The notes beneath the pieces are model-generated. The model saw only the letters and a program-made list of their open reading frames with translations. It did no database searches and had not been told where the DNA came from. A stretch of 64,000 nucleotides of DNA from an uncultured Nitrospiraceae bacterium (GTDB lineage Bacteria > Nitrospirota > Thermodesulfovibrionia > Thermodesulfovibrionales > UBA6898): the NCBI GenBank assembly GCA_963811165.1, contig CAWEQH010000010.1, positions 192,001 through 256,000 on the forward strand, read 5' to 3'. Position numbers and translations under genes: made by a program. Positions 9,003 through 17,556 of this stretch are shown piece after piece (the first letter of the stretch is position 1; each line of letters opens with the position of its first letter).

Positions 9003-10553
9003 ATGAAGGTCGTAACCGCCGACGCGATGCGGGGCATAGACAGAGTGACCATTGATGAGTACGGGGTGACTTCTTCAGCCCTTATGGAGAGGGCCGGGCT
9101 GGCAGTGGCCGAAAAGATACGGGACATTTTCGAAAAAAGAAAGGTCATCGTCCTGTCAGGGGGCGGCAACAACGGGGGGGACGGCATCGTTGCGGCAAGA
9201 AACCTCTTTAACTGGGGCTGGAACGTCAAGGTCTTTCTCCTTGTTCCCGAGAATAAACTGAGCGCCGATTGCCGTGCGCAATACAAGACGGCAAAAAAAA
9301 TGAAAGTCCCCATCGAATTCAGGACCGGTATAAGCAGACCGGACCTTCATAGCGCCCTGGTGGTCGACGCGATTTTCGGTACGGGCATCAGCAACCCGGT
9401 CAGGCCACCTATATCGGACATCATCTTTTTCCTCAACAGGTCGGAAGCGCCGGTGCTGTCGGTGGACCTGCCTTCCGGCATCTCTTCGGATAATGGGCGG
9501 ATAATGGGCGAGGCGGTGCGGGCGGACTATACGGTAACGTTCGGCCTGCCTAAGGTCGGGCACCTTCTTTATCCGGGCGCTGAATATACGGGAAAATTAT
9601 GTATCGAGGATATCGGGTTCCCCGGAGGGCTTCTTACGGCCGAGTCCTTATATATCGAGACCATCGAAAAGACCGATGCGGCGTTGCTGGTACCGGCAAG
9701 ACCGGCGGATTCGCATAAGGGTGATTATGGGCGCGTGCTGATCGTTGCGGGGTCAAGAGGAAGGACAGGCGCAGCGCTTATGGCTGCGAAGGCCTGCCTG
9801 AGGGCGGGTGCGGGACTGGTTACGATTGGCGTCCCGGAGACGCTTGCCAATGTTTATCAGTCCAGGGTCATGGAGGAGATGGTCCTTCCTCTTCCTGATA
9901 ACGGAAACGGCAGTCTCTCGGTCGAGGCCGCCAAAGAGATCCTGGGCTTTATTTCCCGGGGGGCGGATGTCCTTGCGATAGGTCCCGGCATAGGCATTTC
10001 ATCCGATGTCACGAAGATCATGCGGGAACTTATCGCAAACTCTACAGCCCCGACGGTGATCGACGCCGACGGGATTAACTCGATACATGGCGATGCGGGT
10101 ATTTTCAGGAAGGCAAAGTCACCTGTAATACTCACTCCCCATGCGGGAGAGATGGCGAGGCTGATGAAGCGGGATGATCAGGACGGCTCAGCGGAGCCGG
10201 CCGCGATAGAGGCCGACAGGGTCGCGATATCGCTTTCTTATTCGAAGAAGACCGGGACATACCTTGTTTTGAAGGGCGCCCCGACGGTCATAGCCGAGCC
10301 CGGGGGAAAGGTATTTATCAATACTACCGGAAATCCCGGCATGGCAACAGCAGGCGCGGGAGATGTATTGACCGGCATGGTGGCGGCATTTCTCGGCCAG
10401 GGGTCTAGTCCTCTTGATGCATCTGTCCTGGGCACTTATCTCCATGGTCTTGCCGGGGACATAGCGGCCTTTCAAAAGGGGATGCATTCGATGATCGCAA
10501 CCGACATCATAGACTACCTGCCCAATGCATTCGCGGCGTTAAAGAAAGAGTAA
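9003..10553 (+). CDS. nnr: Bifunctional NAD(P)H-hydrate epimerase/dehydratase
   Basis: LMERAG, GGGNNGGDG, DAIFGTG (YjeF_N); HKGDYG, TPHAGE, GAGDVLTG (dehydratase). Confidence 0.95.
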   Translation: MKVVTADAMRGIDRVTIDEYGVTSSALMERAGLAVAEKIRDIFEKRKVIVLSGGGNNGGDGIVAARNLFNWGWNVKVFLLVPENKLSADCRAQYKTAKKMKVPIEFRTGISRPDLHSALVVDAIFGTGISNPVRPPISDIIFFLNRSEAPVLSVDLPSGISSDNGRIMGEAVRADYTVTFGLPKVGHLLYPGAEYTGKLCIEDIGFPGGLLTAESLYIETIEKTDAALLVPARPADSHKGDYGRVLIVAGSRGRTGAALMAAKACLRAGAGLVTIGVPETLANVYQSRVMEEMVLPLPDNGNGSLSVEAAKEILGFISRGADVLAIGPGIGISSDVTKIMRELIANSTAPTVIDADGINSIHGDAGIFRKAKSPVILTPHAGEMARLMKRDDQDGSAEPAAIEADRVAISLSYSKKTGTYLVLKGAPTVIAEPGGKVFINTTGNPGMATAGAGDVLTGMVAAFLGQGSSPLDASVLGTYLHGLAGDIAAFQKGMHSMIATDIIDYLPNAFAALKKE

Positions 10554-10556
10554 CTC

Positions 10557-11234
10557 TTGCAGAGACTCATATTCCCTGAGATATTGAGGGGCCGTGTAAC
10601 TGCCTTTTTTACTGGCAAAGATCCCGGGGCTGATCTTGGTGAGGTCGCCCAAATGCTCGGGGTTACAAAAGAGGATATCTATCTGCCCATCCAAAAACAT
10701 ACCGACAAGATCGTCCTTCTTGAGTCCTCCCGTGAGACGAAGATCGCCGACGCCGTCGTTACAAAAGAACCCGGCGTATTGATCGGGGTCCGGACGGCCG
10801 ATTGCGTGCCTGTTCTCATCTATGAAAAAGAAAAGGGCATCATTGGCGCGGTGCATGCCGGATGGAGGGGGACCGCAGCCGGCATTTTGAAAAAAACGCT
10901 CGAAATGATCATGCGAAGATATGTCTGCGGTCCAGGAGGTTTTTATGTCGCCATCGGTCCGAGTATAAAGGGCTGCAGCTACGAGGTAGATCATGAGGTC
11001 TATGACGCGGTTAAAAAGGGGGCCGGTGAGGGTGCTTATTACACAAAAAAAGGAGAGAAATATTTTCTCGATCTTCCTTCCGCCAATAAATATCAGACAT
11101 TGTCTCTAGGAATTCCCGAACCCAATATATGGGTTTCGGATGAATGTACTTACTGTAATCCTGATAGGTTTTATTCCTACCGTTACTCCCGGGGTTCCAC
11201 CGGCAGACAGGCCGCGTTCATCGGGAAGTTGTGA
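10557..11234 (+). CDS. pgeF: PgeF/YfiH family protein
   Basis: QKH, TADCVP, HAGWRG, FYSYR motifs. Confidence 0.9.
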   Translation: MQRLIFPEILRGRVTAFFTGKDPGADLGEVAQMLGVTKEDIYLPIQKHTDKIVLLESSRETKIADAVVTKEPGVLIGVRTADCVPVLIYEKEKGIIGAVHAGWRGTAAGILKKTLEMIMRRYVCGPGGFYVAIGPSIKGCSYEVDHEVYDAVKKGAGEGAYYTKKGEKYFLDLPSANKYQTLSLGIPEPNIWVSDECTYCNPDRFYSYRYSRGSTGRQAAFIGKL

Positions 11235-11371
11235 TATCAGTTCATCCTGGATGGCACAACGTAACCCCAGAATGTAATTGATGCAGAAACATGCTCCAAA
11301 AAATTTTATAATGTCGCAACTTGCTGTTTACGTTATCAGACCTTCTTAGTTGAGCAAGATGCTTATTCGGA

Positions 11372-11412
11372 TATCAGCGCCCCCACAAAGGTGGCGCAGA
11401 TAAAGTTTTTTT
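11372..11412 (+). terminator. Putative intrinsic terminator after the pdxJ-pgeF run
   Basis: Imperfect TATCAGCGCC...GGCGCAGATA hairpin followed by a T7 tract. Confidence 0.45.
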
Positions 11413-11475
11413 CCGCACGTCTCTGCATTCCTTGTCCTAGTGGTGTTTATAGAGGGAAACGCTTCCGTACGGACA

Positions 11476-11603
11476 TGCATGAGGACGGCATCTGAGCGGT
11501 TTCAGCGGCGCGCATTGCATCACCCGTCGGTGATGTGCGCCGGTGCCTCGGAGGTCCGGAGCTTCGACGGGCCGAGAATGAGCGATGACGCTGTCCTCAT
11601 GCA
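11476..11603 (+). ncRNA. Candidate structured RNA or MITE-like element upstream of ileS
   Basis: 14-bp closing stem TGCATGAGGACGGC/GCTGTCCTCATGCA (one G-U) enclosing three hairpins. Confidence 0.4.
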
Positions 11604-11634
11604 GATATGAGGCGTAAGTATGGCCTTCCTTTGC

Positions 11635-11664
11635 TTGACATTGATTCTTTTATAGTGGTAATTT
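11635..11664 (+). promoter_or_regulatory. Sigma70 promoter of ileS (predicted leaderless)
   Basis: TTGACA-N18-TAATTT with extended TG, 7 nt before ATG 11672, no SD. Confidence 0.6.
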
Positions 11665-11671
11665 GTAGCTT

Positions 11672-14476
11672 ATGGCTAAAGATTATAAAGATACACTTAA
11701 TCTTCCACAGACTGATTTTCCGATGAAGGCGAACCTTTCGCAGAGGGAGCCGGAGATGCTGAAAAATTGGGATCAGAAGAAGATCTATCAAAAGATGCTG
11801 GAGGTCAACAAGAGCAGGTCCGACAGAAAGTATATCCTTCATGACGGGCCTCCTTACGCAAACGGGCATATCCATATGGGCCATGCCTTAAACAAGATAC
11901 TCAAAGACATAATCGTCAAATACAACTCCATGAAGGGCTTTTACGCCCCTTATGTGCCGGGATGGGATTGTCATGGTCTTCCGATCGAGCTTCAGGTCGA
12001 CAAGGACCTGGGCGAAAAAAAGGACAAGATAACCATTCTCGAAAAGAGGAACCTTTGCAGAGAGTATGCGTCTAAGTTCGTTGATATCCAGCGTGAGGAA
12101 TTCAGGAGGCTTGGCGTGTTCGGGGACTGGGAAAGACCCTACCTTACGATGACGTATGGTTACGAAAGCTCCATAGTGAGGGAGTTCTTTAAGTTCGTAA
12201 AGAGCAAATCCGTATATAAAGGGAAAAAGCCCGTCCATTGGTGCCCCTCCTGTGTGACCGCGCTGGCCGAAGCAGAGGTTGAATATGCAGATAAAGAGTC
12301 GCCTTCCGTCTATGTAAAGTTCGGCATCGACGAAGAAAATCTCTCAAAATACCTTCCCTCTCTGAAAGGGAAAAAAGTATTTGTCATCATCTGGACCACC
12401 ACCCCCTGGACGCTCCCTGCAAACCTCGCGATAGCCTTCCATCCCGATTATGAGTATGCTGCCGTGGCTCAAGGCGACGAGGTATTCGTTGTCGCCGAAG
12501 GCAGGATAGAGGCGCTCAGGGAGAAAATAGGCATCGGAACCGAGATCATTGTGAAGGTGCCAGGGAAATCCCTTGAAGGGATGCTTGCGGACCATCCTTT
12601 TATTGAAAGGAAATCGAAGGCGGTCCTGGCGGAATTTGTCTCTTTGGATGATGGCACCGGTATCGTCCATATAGCGCCGGGCCATGGTGAGGACGACTAT
12701 GAGGTGGGACTTAAATACGGCCTCGATATCTATGCTCCTGTCGATGACAGGGGCAAGTTTACGAAGCAGGCAGGGGACCTCGAGGGCCAGTTTGTCTTTA
12801 AGGCCAATGCGGTGATTATAGAGACACTGAAAAACAAAAACGCGCTTGTCAGGGAAGAGAAGATCACTCATTCCTATCCGCACTGCTGGCGGTGCAAAAA
12901 GGCGGTCATATTCCGCGCCACCGAACAGTGGTTCATCTCGGTCGAGTTTAACGACCTCAGAAAGAGATGTCTCGATGAGGTGGATAAAGTTTCGTGGGTT
13001 CCTAAGTGGGGCAGGGAGAGGATTTACGGTATGCTTCTTAACAGGCCGGATTGGTGCATCTCGAGGCAGAGGAGCTGGGGCGTACCGATCACTATGATAC
13101 GCTGTGCCGGGTGCGGCAGCTTTGTCGAGGACGAAGAGGTCCTTGAGGGTATCACGTCCCTTGTGGAAAAACACGGTGCGGATGTCTGGTTCACAAAAGA
13201 TGCGGCGGACTTTCTGCCTCAGGGATACGGCTGCAGGAAGTGCGGCAAAAAAGATTTTACGAAGGAGATGGACATCCTCGACGTATGGTTCGACTCGGGT
13301 GTCAGCCATGCGGCGGTGGTTGAAAGTGACGATCGTCTTTCATGGCCGGCCGACATGTATCTTGAGGGCAGCGACCAGCACAGGGGGTGGTTTCAGAGTT
13401 CTCTGCTCACTTCCGTCGGCGCCCGGGGCAGTGCTCCCTATCGCACCGTTCTTACGCACGGTTTTGTCGTAGACGGCGCGGGAAAGAAGATGTCCAAATC
13501 CCTTGGGAATGTCATTGCGCCCCAGGAGATCATTAAGGGCTTCGGCGCCGAGATCCTGCGCATATGGGTATCTGCAGAGGACTATAAAGACGATATAAGG
13601 ATTTCGAAGGAGATCCTAAACAGACTGACAGAGGCATACAGGAAGATCAGAAACACCTGCAGGTTCCTCCTCGGGAACCTCCATGATTTCGATCATCGGG
13701 ATTATAGCGGCAATCTTCAGGAGATCGACAGATGGGCGATGAGCAGGCTCCAAAACCTCACGGCGAGGGTCACGCGGGCATATGAGAACTTCGATTTTCA
13801 TGAGGTCTTCCATTCTATTCACAACTTCTGCGTTGTGGACATGAGTTCCTTCTATCTCGATGTGCTTAAAGACCGGCTCTATACGGCAAAGACCGATTCT
13901 GCCGAGCGAAGGGCGAGTCAGTGGGTCCTGTCCGAGATACTCTCGACTTTGACGGGGATTATGGCCCCCGTGCTATCCTTTACCGCCGAAGAAGTATGGG
14001 GATATATAAAGAGTGAAAAGTTAAAAGTGAAAAGTGAAGAGGCAGAGTCTGTATTCCTGTCTGCTTTTCCGGAGGTCAACGAGAAGTTCCTCGATAATGC
14101 GCTCGAAGAAAAATGGAAGGACCTTCTCGATCTTCGTAACGAGATCAATAAGGCGCTTGAGATCAAGAGGGCCGAGAAGTTTATAGGCAACCCGCTTGAG
14201 GCGAAGATAAAGATATATCTTCCGGAAAAATACAGGGACTTAGTATCTTCCTACCTGGATTTTCTTCCTGCGCTGCTTCTTGTCTCAACGGCTGAAATCA
14301 GCGGAGAGAAATTGCCGGGGGCTTATGAAAGCGCCAATATCGAAGGTCTCCAGGTGCTTGTCGAAAGGGCCCAGGGCGAAAAATGCCAGAGGTGCTGGAA
14401 CTGGTCCACGAAGGTCGGTACCTTTACCGATGAGCCCGAACTCTGCGAGCGATGCTATCCGGTAGTAAAAGGGTAG
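11672..14476 (+). CDS. ileS: Isoleucine--tRNA ligase (type 1)
   Basis: GPPYANGHIHMGH (HIGH), GWDCHGLPIE, EGSDQHRGWF, KMSKS, C-terminal CxRCW...CxRC. Confidence 0.98.
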   Translation: MAKDYKDTLNLPQTDFPMKANLSQREPEMLKNWDQKKIYQKMLEVNKSRSDRKYILHDGPPYANGHIHMGHALNKILKDIIVKYNSMKGFYAPYVPGWDCHGLPIELQVDKDLGEKKDKITILEKRNLCREYASKFVDIQREEFRRLGVFGDWERPYLTMTYGYESSIVREFFKFVKSKSVYKGKKPVHWCPSCVTALAEAEVEYADKESPSVYVKFGIDEENLSKYLPSLKGKKVFVIIWTTTPWTLPANLAIAFHPDYEYAAVAQGDEVFVVAEGRIEALREKIGIGTEIIVKVPGKSLEGMLADHPFIERKSKAVLAEFVSLDDGTGIVHIAPGHGEDDYEVGLKYGLDIYAPVDDRGKFTKQAGDLEGQFVFKANAVIIETLKNKNALVREEKITHSYPHCWRCKKAVIFRATEQWFISVEFNDLRKRCLDEVDKVSWVPKWGRERIYGMLLNRPDWCISRQRSWGVPITMIRCAGCGSFVEDEEVLEGITSLVEKHGADVWFTKDAADFLPQGYGCRKCGKKDFTKEMDILDVWFDSGVSHAAVVESDDRLSWPADMYLEGSDQHRGWFQSSLLTSVGARGSAPYRTVLTHGFVVDGAGKKMSKSLGNVIAPQEIIKGFGAEILRIWVSAEDYKDDIRISKEILNRLTEAYRKIRNTCRFLLGNLHDFDHRDYSGNLQEIDRWAMSRLQNLTARVTRAYENFDFHEVFHSIHNFCVVDMSSFYLDVLKDRLYTAKTDSAERRASQWVLSEILSTLTGIMAPVLSFTAEEVWGYIKSEKLKVKSEEAESVFLSAFPEVNEKFLDNALEEKWKDLLDLRNEINKALEIKRAEKFIGNPLEAKIKIYLPEKYRDLVSSYLDFLPALLLVSTAEISGEKLPGAYESANIEGLQVLVERAQGEKCQRCWNWSTKVGTFTDEPELCERCYPVVKG

Positions 14477-14500
14477 GGGCACGGCGCGCCGTGCCCCTAC
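14473..14500. repeat. GTAG-type REP palindrome overlapping the ileS stop
   Basis: GTAGGGGCACGGCG/CGCCGTGCCCCTAC perfect 28-bp palindrome. Confidence 0.85.
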
Positions 14501-14520
14501 ATTATAAAAAATTGTAACGC

Positions 14521-14583
14521 GTCATTCCGGCTTGCCCGCCCGCAGTTTTTTGGAGGGTCCGGTCTACGCCTGGTAGAGAATCC
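14521..14583. repeat. GTCATTCCGG...GAATCC palindromic repeat with nested short palindromes
   Basis: GTCATTCCGGCTTG[CCCGCC...GGAGGG]TCCGG[TCTAC...GTAGA]GAATCC. Confidence 0.5.
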
Positions 14584-14766
14584 TTCTTCAAAGGCAGGTT
14601 TTCATCTATGAAAAACCGCAGCGCCTGCTTTGTTGTTCACTTATAATCTTCTTGTAACCAAATCAACCGGTTTTTTATGGTTCCTGCGAGTTCGATGAAA
14701 GGAATTGCGCAGCCTTGTCCAATAATGGCATAATGATTTTACAGTTTTGAATGGCAGGAGGTACTG

Positions 14767-14970
14767 ATGCTTTCGACAAAAAGAAAAACAGATGTCGTGG
14801 CTTTTCCTCTCAGTGTTTTCGAAACGGCTGACACAAAAGAGGATCTGGAAGACTGGCTGTTATCGCAGAATCCGGAGTTCATCAAGAAAATGAGAAGGGC
14901 GAGGCGGGAGGATATTCAGGGTAAAGGAAAGGATTGGCGATCTCTCAAAAAGGAGCTATGTATAAAGTAA
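14767..14970 (+). CDS. Putative type II antitoxin
   Basis: 67 aa, AGGAGG RBS, overlaps the downstream RelE-like gene; EDWLLSQNPEF...ARREDI..GK...W.LKKEL tail. Confidence 0.75.
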   Translation: MLSTKRKTDVVAFPLSVFETADTKEDLEDWLLSQNPEFIKKMRRARREDIQGKGKDWRSLKKELCIK

Positions 14971-15239
14971 CCCTTCTGCCTGATGCTGAAGAATCTTTCA
15001 AGAAACTCGATAAGTCTGTTCAATTACGGGTAGCTGAAAAGATTGATTGGCTTTCTGAGAATGCAGACAAGGTTATTCATCATCCTTTGACTTCCTTGCC
15101 TGATGATTTGAAGGGCTTGTGCAGAATGAGAGTGGGCGATTACAGGATAATTTATTGGATTTATACTGCCAGGGAACACGTAAAGATTTATGATATTGAA
15201 CACAGGGGTAAGAGTTACAAATCTATAAGAAGTCGGTAG
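14958..15239 (+). CDS. RelE/ParE family toxin
   Basis: ATG 14958 after AAGGAG; LKGLCRMRVGDYRIIY...IEHR RelE pattern. Confidence 0.88.
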   Translation: MYKVTLLPDAEESFKKLDKSVQLRVAEKIDWLSENADKVIHHPLTSLPDDLKGLCRMRVGDYRIIYWIYTAREHVKIYDIEHRGKSYKSIRSR

Positions 15240-15273
15240 CATAGAAGTTTCTTAGTGCTTTGCCCTTCTTTCT

Positions 15274-15552
15274 TCATTTCAAATCCCCGCACAGGCGGGT
15301 TTGCTCGCCCGAGCGAGTCGCCCGAGGAGACCGAGTCAGGTGTTCCTCTGAAAGAGTTTCTGCGGCGTACGCAAGGGCTGCCCGGACATCTTCTTCTTTA
15401 ATCCTGTATTCCTTACAAATATCGGCCGTAGTCATCCCGCCGGCCAGTCCTCCGACAATTATTTCAATCGGCACGCGGGTGCCTTTTATCACGGGCTTCC
15501 CTCCCATTATGCCGGGATTAATCTCTATCCTTCTTTTCCAAGTAACAGCCAT
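15274..15552 (-). CDS. DUF433 domain protein (orphan antitoxin-like)
   Basis: INPGIMGGKPVIKGTRVP...EDVRAALAYA; C-terminal tail made of palindromic repeat sequence. Confidence 0.9.
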   Translation of the reverse strand: MAVTWKRRIEINPGIMGGKPVIKGTRVPIEIIVGGLAGGMTTADICKEYRIKEEDVRAALAYAAETLSEEHLTRSPRATRSGEQTRLCGDLK

Positions 15553-15690
15553 GCTCTAAATTAACATAATGAGGGGGGCATTTCAATAGCGCTCTTGCTC
15601 TTGCTGTTGCTGTCTTGCTCTTTGGCCATGTAGCTAAACAGGGTTGTTTCAAGTTTATCGCCTTGTGCTAAAATAGCGGCGCAGACACGG

Positions 15691-16007
15691 TTGCGGGGAA
15701 AAGTAGGGGCAGACCTGCGTGTCTGCCCGGTCGGGAAAGACAACAACGAAACCGGGAAGGGCGAACACACAGGTTCGCCCCTGCAACGTGTTGTTCAATG
15801 GTTTAAAACAATGACCACCAACGAATATTTGCGTGGCATAAAATCGCATGGATGGAGGCTATTCCAGGGTAAATTATGGCAGCGGAATTATTACGAACAC
15901 CTTATCAGAAACGAAAAGGAATTGGCCGGGATCGGCAGTACATAATCAATGACCCGATGAACTGGCATGAAGACGAGAATTACATGGCAGACAACCCCTC
16001 AGCTTAA
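15691..16007 (+). pseudogene. C-terminal remnant of a REP-associated tyrosine transposase (RAYT, IS200-like HUH)
   Basis: VQWFKTMTTNEY...LWQRNYYEHLIRNE, continuing after a frameshift near 15933 as RQYIINDPMNWHEDEN; HUH half missing; embedded REPs at 15703-15728 and 15759-15784. Confidence 0.85.
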
Positions 16008-16010
16008 AGG

Positions 16011-16724
16011 TTATTTCTTCGGCTTCAGTGTCCTTAATCTTGCGATCTCTTCCTGATATCCGTAGATATGCGCGCCTGCGCTGTAGACGAACATCGGGCC
16101 GTTTTTCAATCCCGTTTCACCTGCTACATAGGCTTTAAGCAGTTCGATCCCGCCGAGGTTTGTCGGAAAGCCCGCCCATAGGTCCCACGAACGGAAGTAG
16201 CACGTCACCGTGAGCGCCAGACCATCACCCCCGGGGACCGCCTTGAAATCCAGGAGGCGCAGACAGGGAGGGTCGAGTTTTCCGTCATTTCCTATGCATA
16301 CGTCGTTGTCTTCAGGCGAGCCGATTTCGACTATCGCCTGGTTCGTTAGAGGGGTCTCTTTGAGCATCGAGATCACCCGTTCGAGTTGTGTGCCCCCTTT
16401 AGGCATCGGATAGTGAATTCTGCTTGCGTACTTGTACGTCTCGTTTTCAGCGAGTTGGGGGTCCATCAAATAATTGGCGAAATAATCTTCTATATACTCT
16501 CTTGTTGTCGGCGCGGGTATGGTCGAGCCGGGAGGCATCACGGGGACCATGTCCTCGCCGGGGTGTTCGATATAGACGGCGATACCCGAATACTGGAGGC
16601 GGTACTGTTCCTTCTCGAAAGACCCCTTCTGAATCTTTTGTTCGTAGGAATTGTCGAATATATTGTAAATCAGCTGGAACCAGGCATCGGATATTGTCTT
16701 TGCCTGAAGGAAAAAAGGGAGCAT
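16011..16724 (-). CDS. thyA: Short, archaeal-like thymidylate synthase family protein
   Basis: DPPCL catalytic Cys, FRSWDLWAGFPTN, AHIY. Confidence 0.8.
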   Translation of the reverse strand: MLPFFLQAKTISDAWFQLIYNIFDNSYEQKIQKGSFEKEQYRLQYSGIAVYIEHPGEDMVPVMPPGSTIPAPTTREYIEDYFANYLMDPQLAENETYKYASRIHYPMPKGGTQLERVISMLKETPLTNQAIVEIGSPEDNDVCIGNDGKLDPPCLRLLDFKAVPGGDGLALTVTCYFRSWDLWAGFPTNLGGIELLKAYVAGETGLKNGPMFVYSAGAHIYGYQEEIARLRTLKPKK

Positions 16725-16811
16725 AATGTTCTCCTCAACTTTTTGAGGTATTCTAACATCTCACCGCGGTCTATGAAAAGTGAGAAACTTTTTTTAAAAG
16801 AAGGAAAAAAG

Positions 16812-16902
16812 TCACCGCTGAGGCGCTGAGAGACAGAGAGAGGCATTCCGGGCAGTATAAGTAGTTTATTCCCCACTTTTTTCTCTGCGTCTCTGCGGTG
16901 AA
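16812..16902. repeat. Inverted pair of TCACCGCaGAGaCGCaGAG-type repeats
   Basis: TCACCGCTGAGGCGCTGAG (16812) faces CTCTGCGTCTCTGCGGTGA (16883-16901). Confidence 0.6.
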
Positions 16903-16978
16903 TATGTCTTGGGTTCGGTTTTTGGCGGAGGGTTTGTTTGCAAAAATTAATGTGGTATAGTACTTACAAGGACACGGC

Positions 16979-17530
16979 ATGGACATAACCGACCTCTCAG
17001 GAAATTTCCTTATTGCTGTCCCGCGGATGGAAGACCCGAATTTCAAGCGGGCGGTCATTCTCCTTTGCGAACACACGAAGGAAGGCGCGTTTGGACTTAT
17101 TATCAACAAAATACTCATGAACAGTTTTAAGCCGCTCCTTCCGGCCTTCGAAATAGAGAAGTCCAAGGTCGACCTCCCCATATACTACGGCGGTCCGGTC
17201 AGGCCTGAGCAGGGATATGTTATCTATTCCCCGTTCGACAAAAAATACGGAGCGATGAAGGTCACCAAGTCTCTTGCGGTGACCGCCTCCAAGGATATCC
17301 TTCATGACATAGCAGAAGGAAAAGGTCCTGAGCGCTATATGCTGGCACTCGGTTTTTCAGGCTGGGCAGCGAATCAGCTTGAAGATGAGATGATGACGGA
17401 CAGCTGGCTTGTGGCCCCCCTGAATTATGATATTGTGTTCGAAATGAGCCCTGAAGACCGGTGGAAGGAAGCGGCTGCCCTGATAGGAGTCGATTTCGAG
17501 AGGTTTTTCTGTTCGAGCGGACGCGCATGA
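16979..17530 (+). CDS. YqgE/AlgH family protein
   Basis: LIAVP.MEDPNF, GAFGLIIN, GGPV, GFSGW..QLE.E...SW. Confidence 0.92.
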   Translation: MDITDLSGNFLIAVPRMEDPNFKRAVILLCEHTKEGAFGLIINKILMNSFKPLLPAFEIEKSKVDLPIYYGGPVRPEQGYVIYSPFDKKYGAMKVTKSLAVTASKDILHDIAEGKGPERYMLALGFSGWAANQLEDEMMTDSWLVAPLNYDIVFEMSPEDRWKEAAALIGVDFERFFCSSGRA

Positions 17531-17556
17531 TTTCCCCGGACAACCGCCGCAAGGAA

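Noticed and set aside
11235..11671. T-box riboswitch for ileS
   Set aside because: No T-box UGGNACC bulge or specifier stem; the promoter sits directly at the start codon
15591..15621. TTGCTC/TTGCTG hexamer run
   Set aside because: Short degenerate low-complexity tract with no supportable function
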